Source: Octopus sinensis (taxonomy: Eukaryota). From it: a stretch of 64,000 bases of DNA. The notes under the pieces were generated by a model. The model saw nothing but the letters and a program-made list of their open reading frames with translations. It was not told the origin of the DNA and made no database searches. The position numbers and the translations under genes were made by a program. This document shows, piece after piece, positions 12,650 through 23,342 of this stretch. Positions within the stretch are counted from its first letter, which is position 1. Every line of letters begins with the position of its first letter. The stretch lies in contig NC_043004.1 of assembly GCF_006345805.1 (NCBI RefSeq), forward strand, positions 83,266,001 through 83,330,000, given 5' to 3'.

Positions 12650-12830
12650 CACAAAAAAAGCAAAAGACGATGATCGGTGGTGTAGACAACAAACAGATGT
12701 ATTAGTTTAACGATCAGGAAGAGAAAAAGTCTTTAACGTTTCGAGCCTATGCTCCTCCACAGAAAGAAATACAGAAAGAAACAGGAAGAGAAAATAAATA
12801 ATGTATAGTGGCTAGCGATCTATCATAGCG
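12650..12830 (-). mobile_element. Repeat with a variant hammerhead-like motif at 12729-12771 (family H2)
   Basis: Minus strand tcttt CTGTGGA g gagc-atag-gctc GAAA cgtt aaaga. Second copy at 38400-38590. Confidence 0.55.
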
Positions 12831-12974
12831 AATAACAGACAAAGGGGTCACAGAGGAGAGCTAGGAATAAAGGGATACAATAAAGTAGTGGTGATCCCAA
12901 AACGAAGGTGCGCGTGCTTGTGCATAAAAGAGCATGAATTTGCGTGTGGAGGAGGACAGGTTGCCTTCACGTGT

Positions 12975-13212
12975 GCATTTGTGGATAGATAGATAGATAC
13001 TTACATACATTCATACATACATAGATAAATAGATAGATATATGCATATATAGATACATAGATGGATAGATAGATGCATATATAGATACATAAATGGATAG
13101 ATAGATAGATGCATATATAGATAGATACATACATGCATACATACATACATACATTCATACATATACATACATACATACATACATACATACATACATACAT
13201 ACATACATACAT
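12975..13212. repeat. (ATAG)n/(ATAC)n tetranucleotide array near the start of GRL-A intron 1
   Basis: Direct inspection. Confidence 0.9.
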
Positions 13213-13278
13213 TACATGCGTGTGCGGTTAGCCGATTTTTAACATGATAAATAATTAAATATATGACTTTTTACTTAC

Positions 13279-14301
13279 TGAATCATGCAATTTTAATCCT
13301 TTTCTAATAACATATATAGTTAAAATTCCAACCAAGTGCGTTAAAATCAACACATAAGAGTCATCAATGTGTAGTTTACGATTGGCGATGTAACCGAAGA
13401 TAAGGCCGCAACTTGAAATAATGAAGGAAAGTACAAAATATCCAAAATAATTCTGGAACAAATCATTCGTCAATTCCAGTAGAGTACAGAGTTCTTGAAA
13501 ATTATCGAAAAACATGGTGAGTTCTTTACCTGTGTTCTCATCATGTGTGCTTTTGTTTTCCGTGTTATTTATTATTCCACTGCTTAGCAAATTGAATTCT
13601 TTTTCCAAAGTGTTTATAACGAAGTAGTGAATTGGTAATAATGTGAAAATAGGCATACGTTTTATGGTGCTTATTATAAAGTGAACTATTAAGCAAATAT
13701 CGCTAAGTTCACTGGTTCGAGACACGGGGTATATGAAGTGATCCATAAATGTATTACTATCCTTGGTGAAAATTGGTAAAATAAATTCAGTAATAAAGAA
13801 AATTCCAAAGAAAAGGAAAATATAAAGATATTTGTAGATTTTCTCGACAAAATCTTTTTCAGATTTAAGTTTCAGATTAGATTCAATACATTTAATTTTG
13901 GTTATTTTATTCAAAATTTTAATATTTTTCTCGGCATTGAATGCAACGCTAAGCCATATGAATATTGCTAAGAATTGCTGAACAGCGATAGATACTCTAA
14001 TATAGTATGCAGTTTTATTTTCGGTAGAATCCAATCCGATATATACGAAGATTTTCACAAATTCTGCTAACATACATATTTCTAGAATGCGACAAATTAT
14101 GTAAAAACATTTTCTCTTTAAATTATATGATTCCCAAAGAGTTAAAGAAATTTTCATATTTATAAGCTGGTGAAACCTTATAAAAAACTGAATAGAATCG
14201 TGTGTGCTTTGGGGATATTGCCCTTCTTTCTGGATATTAGCGGTCCATGAAATGGAAGATGGCTGCACGTTGTGACTGTTTAAAGAATATATTGTACACA
14301 T
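13279..14301 (-). CDS. GRL-A exon 1 (341 aa, TM1-TM6) of a gustatory-receptor-like 7TM chemoreceptor
   Basis: Stop-free 1-kb ORF in very AT-rich DNA with six hydrophobic segments and the Gr-like intracellular pattern FQELCTLLELTNDLF. The ORF-track tail VSKKSYI* is read-through of the donor TCA|gtaagt at 13278. The first ATG is at 14301 (the track start at 14313 is TTG). Confidence 0.85.
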
Positions 14302-14593
14302 TTTATTCAGCAATATTTCTGATAATATATTTCATAAATAAAATGTATTGTGCAAATATGTATACTTTTGATAAGAAATAAAACAAGTTTTCTTTCTCAT
14401 TAGGTGCATTTAATTATTTTGAATATTTAGGCGCTTCTTTCTGAATGAAACTGCTTTTTATAGATAATATATCAACTGATATGCGCCCTTCTTATATCTC
14501 GTGCATTATTTTTTCATGCGTTCGAATGTCGTCTCTAAAATAACACAAATGACGCCGTAAAGTAGAGAATAATTGATGCTAGCTAATTAATTT

Positions 14594-14632
<39 letters not shown>

Positions 14633-15554
14633 TATATATATATATATATCTTATATATATATATATATATATATATGTTCAAAGTCCTTTCAAATATTAT
14701 ATGAAAGCCAACATTAATGATCTGATATAAAATAAGACCATAAAAACGATAAGATGCTTTGATCGCTTCAGAATAGAAAAAAAAAGGATTATTAGAACTT
14801 ACTTCTATCTACTCAATGATCAATACATTAGTTCTTAAATAACTACCTATTGCTGTAAGCTAAGTCAGTTTTCTTTGTGCTTGGCTGTAACATAGTAGAT
14901 GGCATTATAGTATATTACAAGTTGTTTTGTTTTCCTTGAAATATCAATAGAACCTGAACGAGACAGCTATAGGAATCATTCTGAAATTTATGTAGAAATA
15001 AGGTGAAATTACATGATGATTGTATGCCAAGAAACACATCCATGCATATATTATTTGTGAATATTTATTCATCTTTATCAATTTGTATTCTCATTTTAAT
15101 TTATATAGTTAACTGACAAAACCCTTCCTTCTAAATGACTAGTGTATTTCTGCATGATATTAAATTTGGGACATGTATTTTCACAATTTATGTATCAACT
15201 TATGAATAAAATATGATTAAAATCTCATTCTGTTTTTGGTGATGATTTTTTTATATTTTGCGATTACTATTTCACACGTCGATGAGTTCATCTATAACCG
15301 TTCACTAAAGACTGTGCAGCATTTAAGTTTTCTGTCTCATTTTTATGGTGTCGGTCTTTGCATTTTAATTTCTTTCTTTTCTATTGATCATAACTTCATA
15401 CAAATACTTACAATCACTGATATGACCATAATAGAACCATGCAATGTAAACGCATTTAAATTTAAACACTCAATGCTGATATGGAATGCCCCATATTTTG
15501 TTGTCGCTTCCTGTCCGATGCTTCTGTCTCGCTTCAAAATGTCACCTTATGTAT

Positions 15555-15817
15555 ATATATATATGAAAGAAAAAAGATGTTCAGAATGCTGGATGGTTGT
15601 AAAAATATATATTTATTTATATATCACATATTATTACTTCATATTAGCGCTTTCAACTACTCCTGTAGTTTCATCAGAAAATGAGACTGCAGGAGTAGTT
15701 GAAAGCGCTAACATGAAGTAATGTGATATATATGATATATATATTTGTGATATATAAATAAATATATTATTTTACAATCATCCAGCATTCTGAACATCTT
15801 TTTTCTTTCATATATAT
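15555..15817. repeat. Long foldback inverted repeat with a 6-nt loop (15675-15680)
   Basis: ttagcgctttcaactactcctgtagtttcat-cagaaa-atgagactgcaggagtagttgaaagcgctaa. Outer arms gaaagaaaaaagatgttcagaatgctggatg / catccagcattctgaacatcttttttctttc. Confidence 0.9.
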
Positions 15818-15845
15818 TAAATCTGTACATTACCCCCAATACTTC

Positions 15846-15877
<32 letters not shown>

Positions 15878-15879
15878 AC

Positions 15880-15911
<32 letters not shown>

Positions 15912-17185
15912 GAAGAGGTTTGTATGATTGTGTATAGAGAGATACATATTATTCAAAGGAATTCCAACTCTGTTTTTTATGTTTTATTTATATTGTTTAT
16001 AATATTAATGTAGAATATATATTATAAATAGTATATATAGTAAAATGAAATGGAGTATTGATTGTCTTATTGAATAGATGAAATATTGAATATCAAATAT
16101 TAAGGGACTAGTACACTTTCTTGCATTAAATCAGTTTTCAAGGTCCCAGGTTGTAACAGGCGTGATTCAATATATATATGTTACAATTACAGTCATATGG
16201 GTCAATATGAATTTCTCTGAACTTATCCGAGGGTGTACTCTATTTTGCGTTGTCTTTACGTTGTTAACAGCGAATGAGTGACAAGGACCTCTAAAGTTCA
16301 AATTTATTCTTCACAGCTCAAGGCAAGTGAACGTCACTGACGTCTCTATAGACAGAACTATTAGCTAATTGTCCGTAGTTACCAATCCTCTACATATTCC
16401 TCATATTCTGAATTGTATTTTGATTACATTTACTACACTGCGATCATTTTCCTTTACGAGTAATCATGCCTACTGTGGGAAAGACACCAAACTACATCTG
16501 TCGGCGGATTCCATCTCGGGCGTTGCAGAACTTAGAGAAGTTTGAGGCTACCTGTTAGGTGCTACTAGTCCTGGGTCTGCCCTTGAATGGTATGAAAACA
16601 TAGCACCTATCAAGTAATGTATCAAATAGTAGTAGTCATTTTGTTGCTAAGGATACCGGTTTCGGAACAGGTTACTCTTGTGTTACAGGCCCACTTATAT
16701 TTGGACATAGTTGCTGTCACGTGAACTAGGTTCTCAACATAAATCTAAGTAGGCCCCTATGCTTTAGTCTCAAGTTTGATGGTGACTCTCAGAGATAAAA
16801 TGACACTAAATCAACACGAAGTCACAGCTGTATCTTTTCCAGAAAAAAAAAGCAGTAAATCTTTAAACTTTGGCATGAAGTTCCATAAACGCGGACACCT
16901 GACGGTAGTGCACAGGAGAAGTCAAACAGATTAAATATGCGTCTATGCGCTTGACAGAAAAGAAATCAAAAATGCGTGGTCTATGATGTGTGTATTTGTT
17001 TAGTCATTTCCGTGAATGAATGTACACATCCTCATTAGCTGAATATTGCACTGATAAACATTAGAACGACACGATTGCGCAATAATTATAACGGAAATAT
17101 TATTGAATTAATTTTTGTTTAAAGTTATAAAAACTTACGTATTGCAGTTCTGAACAGTAGCAAAATATTTTTGGTGCTTGGTATC

Positions 17186-17236
17186 TCAGATTAAGTTGTA
17201 ATGCAACACGATGGTGCTCGCTAAAGAACCAACAAT
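17186..17236 (-). CDS. GRL-B last exon, TM7b: IVGSLASTIVLHYNLI*
   Basis: Acceptor caattttttttcttttctttag|ATT, phase 0. Aligns without gaps to GRL-A IISFMMTFTVYCLQ (T to S, Q to N). Confidence 0.7.
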   Translation of the reverse strand: MVGSLASTIVLHYNLI

Positions 17237-17302
17237 CTAAAGAAAAGAAAAAAAATTGTTAGAAAAGCAATAAAGTCTCAAAAAGATGTTATTATTATTA
17301 TT

Positions 17303-17771
17303 GAGTGAGCGAGCAGAGCATGCCATCAAAGTGACACTGGGGTAAAATATACGAAGCCCAGTATGCCCATCATGACTACCCGTACCCGTGATAAGGGTAC
17401 ACCAGGCACATGCATCACAACCATATGTGCGCGACATGGTGATCTCATATCAAGATAAACAGACACATGACCTTGCAGGTGGAGCCCAGTTAGAATTTTT
17501 CTTCAGATCGAGTAACCCATCCCGCTCAAAAGGGTCCCTGAATAGGGTGTTTAAGGACGTTGAAACGAAACACCCATGTTTCCAAAGGTGAATTATCCAA
17601 CCCCAAAGAATCCCTCTCAACCACATGGCTATGATGCTCCCCCACTACTACTTCTGCTCGTGATCAGAGATGCACATATCGTCAGCCACTAAGGGACATG
17701 CTCACTGGTTAAGGTCAAACAACTGACAAGCAAATCTGTGGTATTGAGCAGAATATTTGCTGTAGCCCATC

Positions 17772-17776
<5 letters not shown>
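17303..17776 (-). mobile_element. ~470-bp non-coding interspersed element associated with (TAA)n arrays, copy 1
   Basis: Closely similar to 53609-54075 in the opposite orientation. Both copies end in ...cactc followed by (AAT)n. Confidence 0.8.
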
Positions 17777-17815
<39 letters not shown>

Positions 17816-17837
17816 GTTATCATCATCATCATCATCA

Positions 17838-17891
<54 letters not shown>

Positions 17892-17947
17892 CATCATCAT
17901 CATCATTATTATTATTATTATTATCATCATCATCATCATTATCATCA

Positions 17948-18038
<91 letters not shown>

Positions 18039-18145
18039 ATTATTATTATCATCATCATCATCATCATCATCATCGTCATCATTATTATTATTATTATATT
18101 ATTATTATTATTATTATTATATTATCATCATCATCATCATCATCA

Positions 18146-18182
<37 letters not shown>

Positions 18183-18194
18183 TTATCATTATCA

Positions 18195-18263
<69 letters not shown>

Positions 18264-18275
18264 TACTACTATTAC

Positions 18276-18311
<36 letters not shown>

Positions 18312-18323
18312 TACTACTATTAC

Positions 18324-18377
<54 letters not shown>

Positions 18378-18480
18378 ATATTATTATTATTATATTATTA
18401 TTATTATTATTATTACTATTACTATTACTATTACTATTACTATTATTATATTATTATTATTATCATTATTATCATTATTA

Positions 18481-18542
<62 letters not shown>
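17777..18542. repeat. ~765-bp compound (TTA)n/(TCA)n/(CTA)n microsatellite
   Basis: Direct inspection; source of the poly-L/I/Y/H ORFs. Confidence 0.95.
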
Positions 18543-18545
<3 letters not shown>

Positions 18546-18680
18546 TAGTTTTATTTTTATAGCGTGCTTTCACTTCACTACCGAGCGCAGCTCTGTGTGC
18601 CTTAGGTATGTGCTGTGATTTGTTGTGATGCTCTGATGGTTATTGTATGGAAAGTGTTCTGCGTAGGATGTGTGCAGTGC
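18543..18680 (-). mobile_element. 5'-truncated 3' end of the R4/Dong-type LINE
   Basis: Near-identical reverse complement of 48927-49064 (TAHILRRTLSIQ* plus 3' UTR), with (TTA)n on both sides. Confidence 0.9.
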
Positions 18681-18684
18681 TGTG

Positions 18685-18755
<71 letters not shown>

Positions 18756-18856
18756 TAGGTATACCCGTGAAAAATTCAGGGAAAATATATTAAAAATGTA
18801 AGTATCTGTAAATTGTGAGCTGGTTTCATGAGAAATATTACTATATTGTGACAGCT

Positions 18857-19260
18857 AAAGGCGGCGACCTGGCAGAAACGCTAGCACGCCGGGCGAAATG
18901 CGTAGCCGTATTTCGTCTGCCGTTACGTTCTGAGTTCAAATTCCGCCGAGGTCGACTTTGCCTTTCATCCTTCGGGGTCGATAAATTAAGTACCAGTTAC
19001 GCACTGGGGTCGATCTAATCGACTTAATGCGTTTGTCTGTCTTTGTTTGTCCCCTCTGTGTTTAGCCCCTTGTCGGTAGTAAAGAAATAGGTATTTCGTC
19101 TGTCTTTACGTTCTGAGTTCAAATTCTGCCAGGGTCGACTTTGACTTTCATCTTTCGAAATCGATAAATTAAGTACCACTTGTGTACCGGGATCGATCTA
19201 ATCGACTGGAGCCCTCCAACCCCAAATCTCAGAACTTGTGCCTATAGTAGAAAAGTGTAT
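18857..19260 (+). mobile_element. SINE family B with a partially duplicated body
   Basis: aaggcggcgacctggcagaaacgctagc... followed by a second cgtctgtctttacgttctgagttcaaattc unit. Confidence 0.8.
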
Positions 19261-19604
19261 TGTGACAATTACAGAATATAGAACGAAGTGTAAAGCCGAT
19301 AACTATATAATCCAACCAAATGTAAACAGAATTACTATTTAGCCTTAAAATCGCTCTTTTAGTGCTCCGGAACGTTCTTCTGCTATTCTTTTATTCTTCT
19401 ACACGTTCCAGTCATTTGACGCTGGTCATGCTGGAACACCACCCTTTAGTCGAAGAAATCGACCCCTGGACTTATTTCCTGTAAACCTAGTGCTTATTCT
19501 ATCAGTCTCTTCTGCTGAACAGCTAAGTAACACGGACGCCAACACACCACCATCGGTTGTGAAGCAATGGTTGTGGGTAGAAACAAAGAAACAAACACTT
19601 ACAC

Positions 19605-19844
<240 letters not shown>

Positions 19845-20159
19845 GGCGAAGAACAAATCTAGTGAGTAATCCTTTGACTCGCTAAAATAAGATCAGGAAC
19901 CAATTGGTCCAAGAAACTAGAGGGTAAATGTTTTTCACTTCTAAATGAATTCCTTTCGAATTTTATCTCTAACTTTTGTGGTTATAGAACCTAGCTGTTC
20001 TTTCTAGCATGTAGAATCCCTATAAGGAGATTCCTTATGTATTTAGATATACACTATATCGTATGACTAATATATAGTCTTTTTGACTAATCTTTTTACA
20101 CGTTAGACCACTTGAAATGTAAATTTTATTTAATTTCCATTTCCCTTTGATATGATTAC

Positions 20160-20251
<92 letters not shown>

Positions 20252-20389
20252 TGTGTGTGTGTGTGTATGTGTTTGTGTGTGTGTCCGTGTATATATATAT
20301 ATATACATATATGACGAGCTTGGACGTGGAGGTGATACAAGCTGGTGCGATTTTGTGGTTTGATGGTATGCCGAGAGAGATCCAGGTCT

Positions 20390-20602
20390 GTTTCTGATAT
20401 TTTCTAAGTACAGCTGCTTCTGCTCTTGACTCGTGTGTTCTCGATTCTGTTGATCTCTGTCTCTCTTATTCTGAAAATACACTCCTCTTTGGTCCTGCTT
20501 CATTTGTTCTATCCGTTGCTGATTTCTTTCCTTCATATGCCGTAGGATTCGTTCCCACCACTCTTGGCTTATTTCAACCATAGCTTTTACCAATTTTGAC
20601 AT
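20390..20602 (-). pseudogene. Fragment with 23-aa periodic repeats, probably the N-terminus of another Helitron Rep-Hel family
   Basis: ISQEWWERILRHMKERNQQRIEQ / MKQDQRGVYFQNKRDRDQQNREH / TSQEQKQLYLENIRNR. Confidence 0.45.
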
Positions 20603-20852
20603 ATTTTGTTCAAACCTGATGTCTGCATTACATAGGACTCAGGGGATCATTGAATGCTTTAAGTTCTCAAATCGATGAGTGGAAATAATTGTTAAACGGA
20701 TTCCTTATGGAATTTCCCAATTAAATTGCTGGCAACTCATTTTCATCCAAACGTTTACCAATTTCAACGGATTTCGCTCAAATTTGATGTTGGTGTCACT
20801 TATTTTGGTTTGAAATGAAGCGCTTGATCACTTAATAATCCCAACTTAATCT

Positions 20853-20878
20853 CCGGCAACGCCGGGCTACACTGTTAG
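20853..20878 (+). mobile_element. Helitron-type 3' terminus (hairpin plus TTAG) of a small non-autonomous element
   Basis: ccggcaacgccgggctacactgttag|t, compared with cccgggcaacgccgggctatgctgctag|t in Helitron 1. Confidence 0.6.
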
Positions 20879-21267
20879 TCTATATGTGTATATATAAATT
20901 GTATTATGTATGTATGTATGTATGTATGTATGTATGTATGTATGTATGTATGTATGTATGTATGTATGTATGTATGCATGTATATTTATTTTATTATATG
21001 AACATTGGCTCCATTTTGAAGTAACTGATTAAAATCTAGCAATATCACCCACTAGGCATTTTGCTCTGTGCTAACAACACATCATACGAAATCTATTACC
21101 TACCCACCATCTCTTTATGTTTACTTCCAGACGTCGACCTAAAGGTCTTTGTGACAACTTTTACGAAAACAAACCTTGTTGGATTCAAAGAATTCGCAGG
21201 GGATAAGGATCTAGATCGTTCCTCTTAAAAGCAACCTAATGAAAACCTTGCATTTTATAGCCATATA

Positions 21268-21600
21268 CATAGGCATGTGAAGGAGCGTAGCTTAGTGGTT
21301 TAGGCAATAGGTGAATGGTCTTAAGGTCGGGAGTTGGATTCCCAGCGGCAGGGTGTGTCCTTGAGCAAGACACTTTATTTCACAAATTCCAGTTCACTCA
21401 GCAAGCAAAAATGAGTAGTACTTGTAATTCAAATGGCCAGCTTTTCACATACTGTGTCACGCTGAATCGTCTTGAGAACTACGTACAGGGCACAAGTTTT
21501 TGTGAAATGCTCAGCCACTGTCACGTTAATTTCACGAGGAGGCTGTTCTCTTGATCAGGTCGACTGGAACCCTTCTAGTAGTAACTGACGGGGTGCCAGT
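21268..21600 (+). mobile_element. tRNA-derived CORE-like SINE
   Basis: ggagcgtagcttagtggtt...gagttggattccc then gtgtccttgagcaagacactt. A related head lies at about 31900-32030. Confidence 0.6.
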
Positions 21601-21737
21601 TTTACTTTGCCATATATACTTGTGCATATTGTGACAGTAATTTCTCACCATTCAGATATCCTTTAGACCTCGATCAAAATTTTCTGTACGATGAAGCTCC
21701 GTGATGGGAGTTGCTTTAAATAGATTTTTATACTTAC

Positions 21738-21827
21738 GGTTAGTAATGTCAAAGGAGTTATAGTCATTAACGAACCGATGTTAATCCCCAATGTAGTTGA
21801 AGACATTCGCTTGAACAGCAACAGCAT
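21738..21827 (-). CDS. GRL-B penultimate exon: MLLLFKRMSSTTLGINIGSLMTITPLTLLT
   Basis: ccttgtgtttccag|ATG ... ACC|gtaagt; 90 nt, phase 0-0, same length as GRL-A exon 3. Confidence 0.85.
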
Positions 21828-22411
21828 CTGGAAACACAAGGAAACATCTATGTCACATGTAAATTGACATAAATCAAGTATAACTGTAAATACGTCGTGT
21901 ATGTCTGTATGAATATGTGAAATTTGGTTGATAGTATGTATGATGTTATGACAGTAAGCCAGTGTATTTAAATATTGCATCATGTTATGTAATAGGGTTT
22001 CCAACCCAATATTTCCGTCCTAGTATTTATAAATTTATGCGATTGGAGAGCTACTGCTTTAATGCAAATATACACACACATACATGCATACCTACAAAAA
22101 TCTGCACACCTATCAATGAAGTATATATGAGAATGTCTAGATATGTAACTATATGAATGAAAATATATACAGAAAAACAAAATATACAAGTCTGCACATA
22201 AACATACATACATATATAAATACATGCATCCATCAATCCAACCATCCATCAATCCATACATACATACATACATACATACATTGATCCATCCATCCATCCA
22301 TCCATCCATCCATCCATCCATCCATCCATCCATACATACATACATACATACATACATACATACATACATACATACATACATACATACATACAGATATACA
22401 CACAAAAGTAC

Positions 22412-22492
22412 CTGTTGTTGATGTTGAAATTCCAATGAAGGAACCATGGTTCTATGTAAAAAAAACCGACTCTTTCGCTCTTGGCAAGAAAT
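22412..22492 (-). CDS. Candidate GRL-B exon 2: [27 protein letters not shown]
   Basis: cccttgttcacatttattttcaag|ATT ... CAG|gtactt; 81 nt, phase 0-0. RKSRF resembles RRSMF in GRL-A exon 2. The AAG acceptor is weaker, so the 5' boundary is uncertain. Confidence 0.5.
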
Positions 22493-22914
22493 CTTGAAAA
22501 TAAATGTGAACAAGGGCACTCGGAGAGCGCAAACCTCTTCCAATGCACACCAAAGTCCTCTCAACGATTAGTGGGAGAGGATTTTTAGAATGAGAATATC
22601 TGAAATAAACTTAACTGCTCTCACAAACGAGAATACTAAAAATGAACCCAACCGTTCTCAAAAATTAAGTAAAAAAAAACAGGAAAAATAATGCAAAAGC
22701 TAATCAGTTCGTACAAGTCACGAAGCCAAACTTCCCTCAGAGGTTCGTACGAATCCTTCCAGCGGTTCTTGAGATATCTTGTCGACGGACAAACAATCAA
22801 ACAAACAAACACAACTGATAACAACATATCTGACTTCGCTAAGGCGGAGATAATGAAGATATGCATCTATTCATCCATACATACACAAATACATACACAC
22901 TGTGTATGTATATA

Positions 22915-23340
22915 TATACTCTTTTTTTTACTCTTTTACTTGTTTCAGTCGTTTGACTGCGGCTATGCTGGAGCACCACCTTTAGTCGAGCAAATCGACC
23001 CCGGGACTTATTCTTTGTAAGCCCAGTACTTATTCTATCGGTCTCTTTTTGCCGAACCGCTAGGTGACAGGGACGTAAACACACCAGCATCGGTTGTCAA
23101 GCAATGCTAGGGGGACAAACACACATACACAAACACTCACACACATACACACACATATATATATATACATATATACGACAGGCTTCTTTCAGTTTCCGTC
23201 TACCAAATCCACTCACAAGGCATTAGTCGGCCCGGAGCTATAGCAGAAGACACTTGCCCAGGATGCCACGCAGTGGGACTGAACCCGGAACCATGTGGTT
23301 GGTTAGCAAGCTACTTACCACACAGCCACTCCTGCGCCTA
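22915..23340 (-). mobile_element. Full SINE family A copy abutting Helitron 1
   Basis: Tail, internal microsatellite and head all present on the minus strand. Confidence 0.85.
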
Positions 23341-23342
23341 TA

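Noticed and set aside
13255-13278. ORF-track C-terminus VSKKSYI* and TTG start at 14313 for the 352-aa ORF
   Set aside because: The tail is read-through of the TCA|GTAAGT donor, and the first ATG is at 14301.
15236-15721. 161-aa plus-strand ORF
   Set aside because: TTG start, no recognisable family, and it runs through a (TA) tract and the foldback repeat.
17738-18562. Long poly-I/L/Y/H ORFs, and similar ORFs at 10506, 19490, 47882, 53331 and 54033
   Set aside because: Translations of di- and trinucleotide microsatellites.
22690-22860. Helentron/DINE-like non-autonomous element (ends ...ttcgctaaggcggagataat)
   Set aside because: Single copy in the window with undefined termini; plausible but unsupported.
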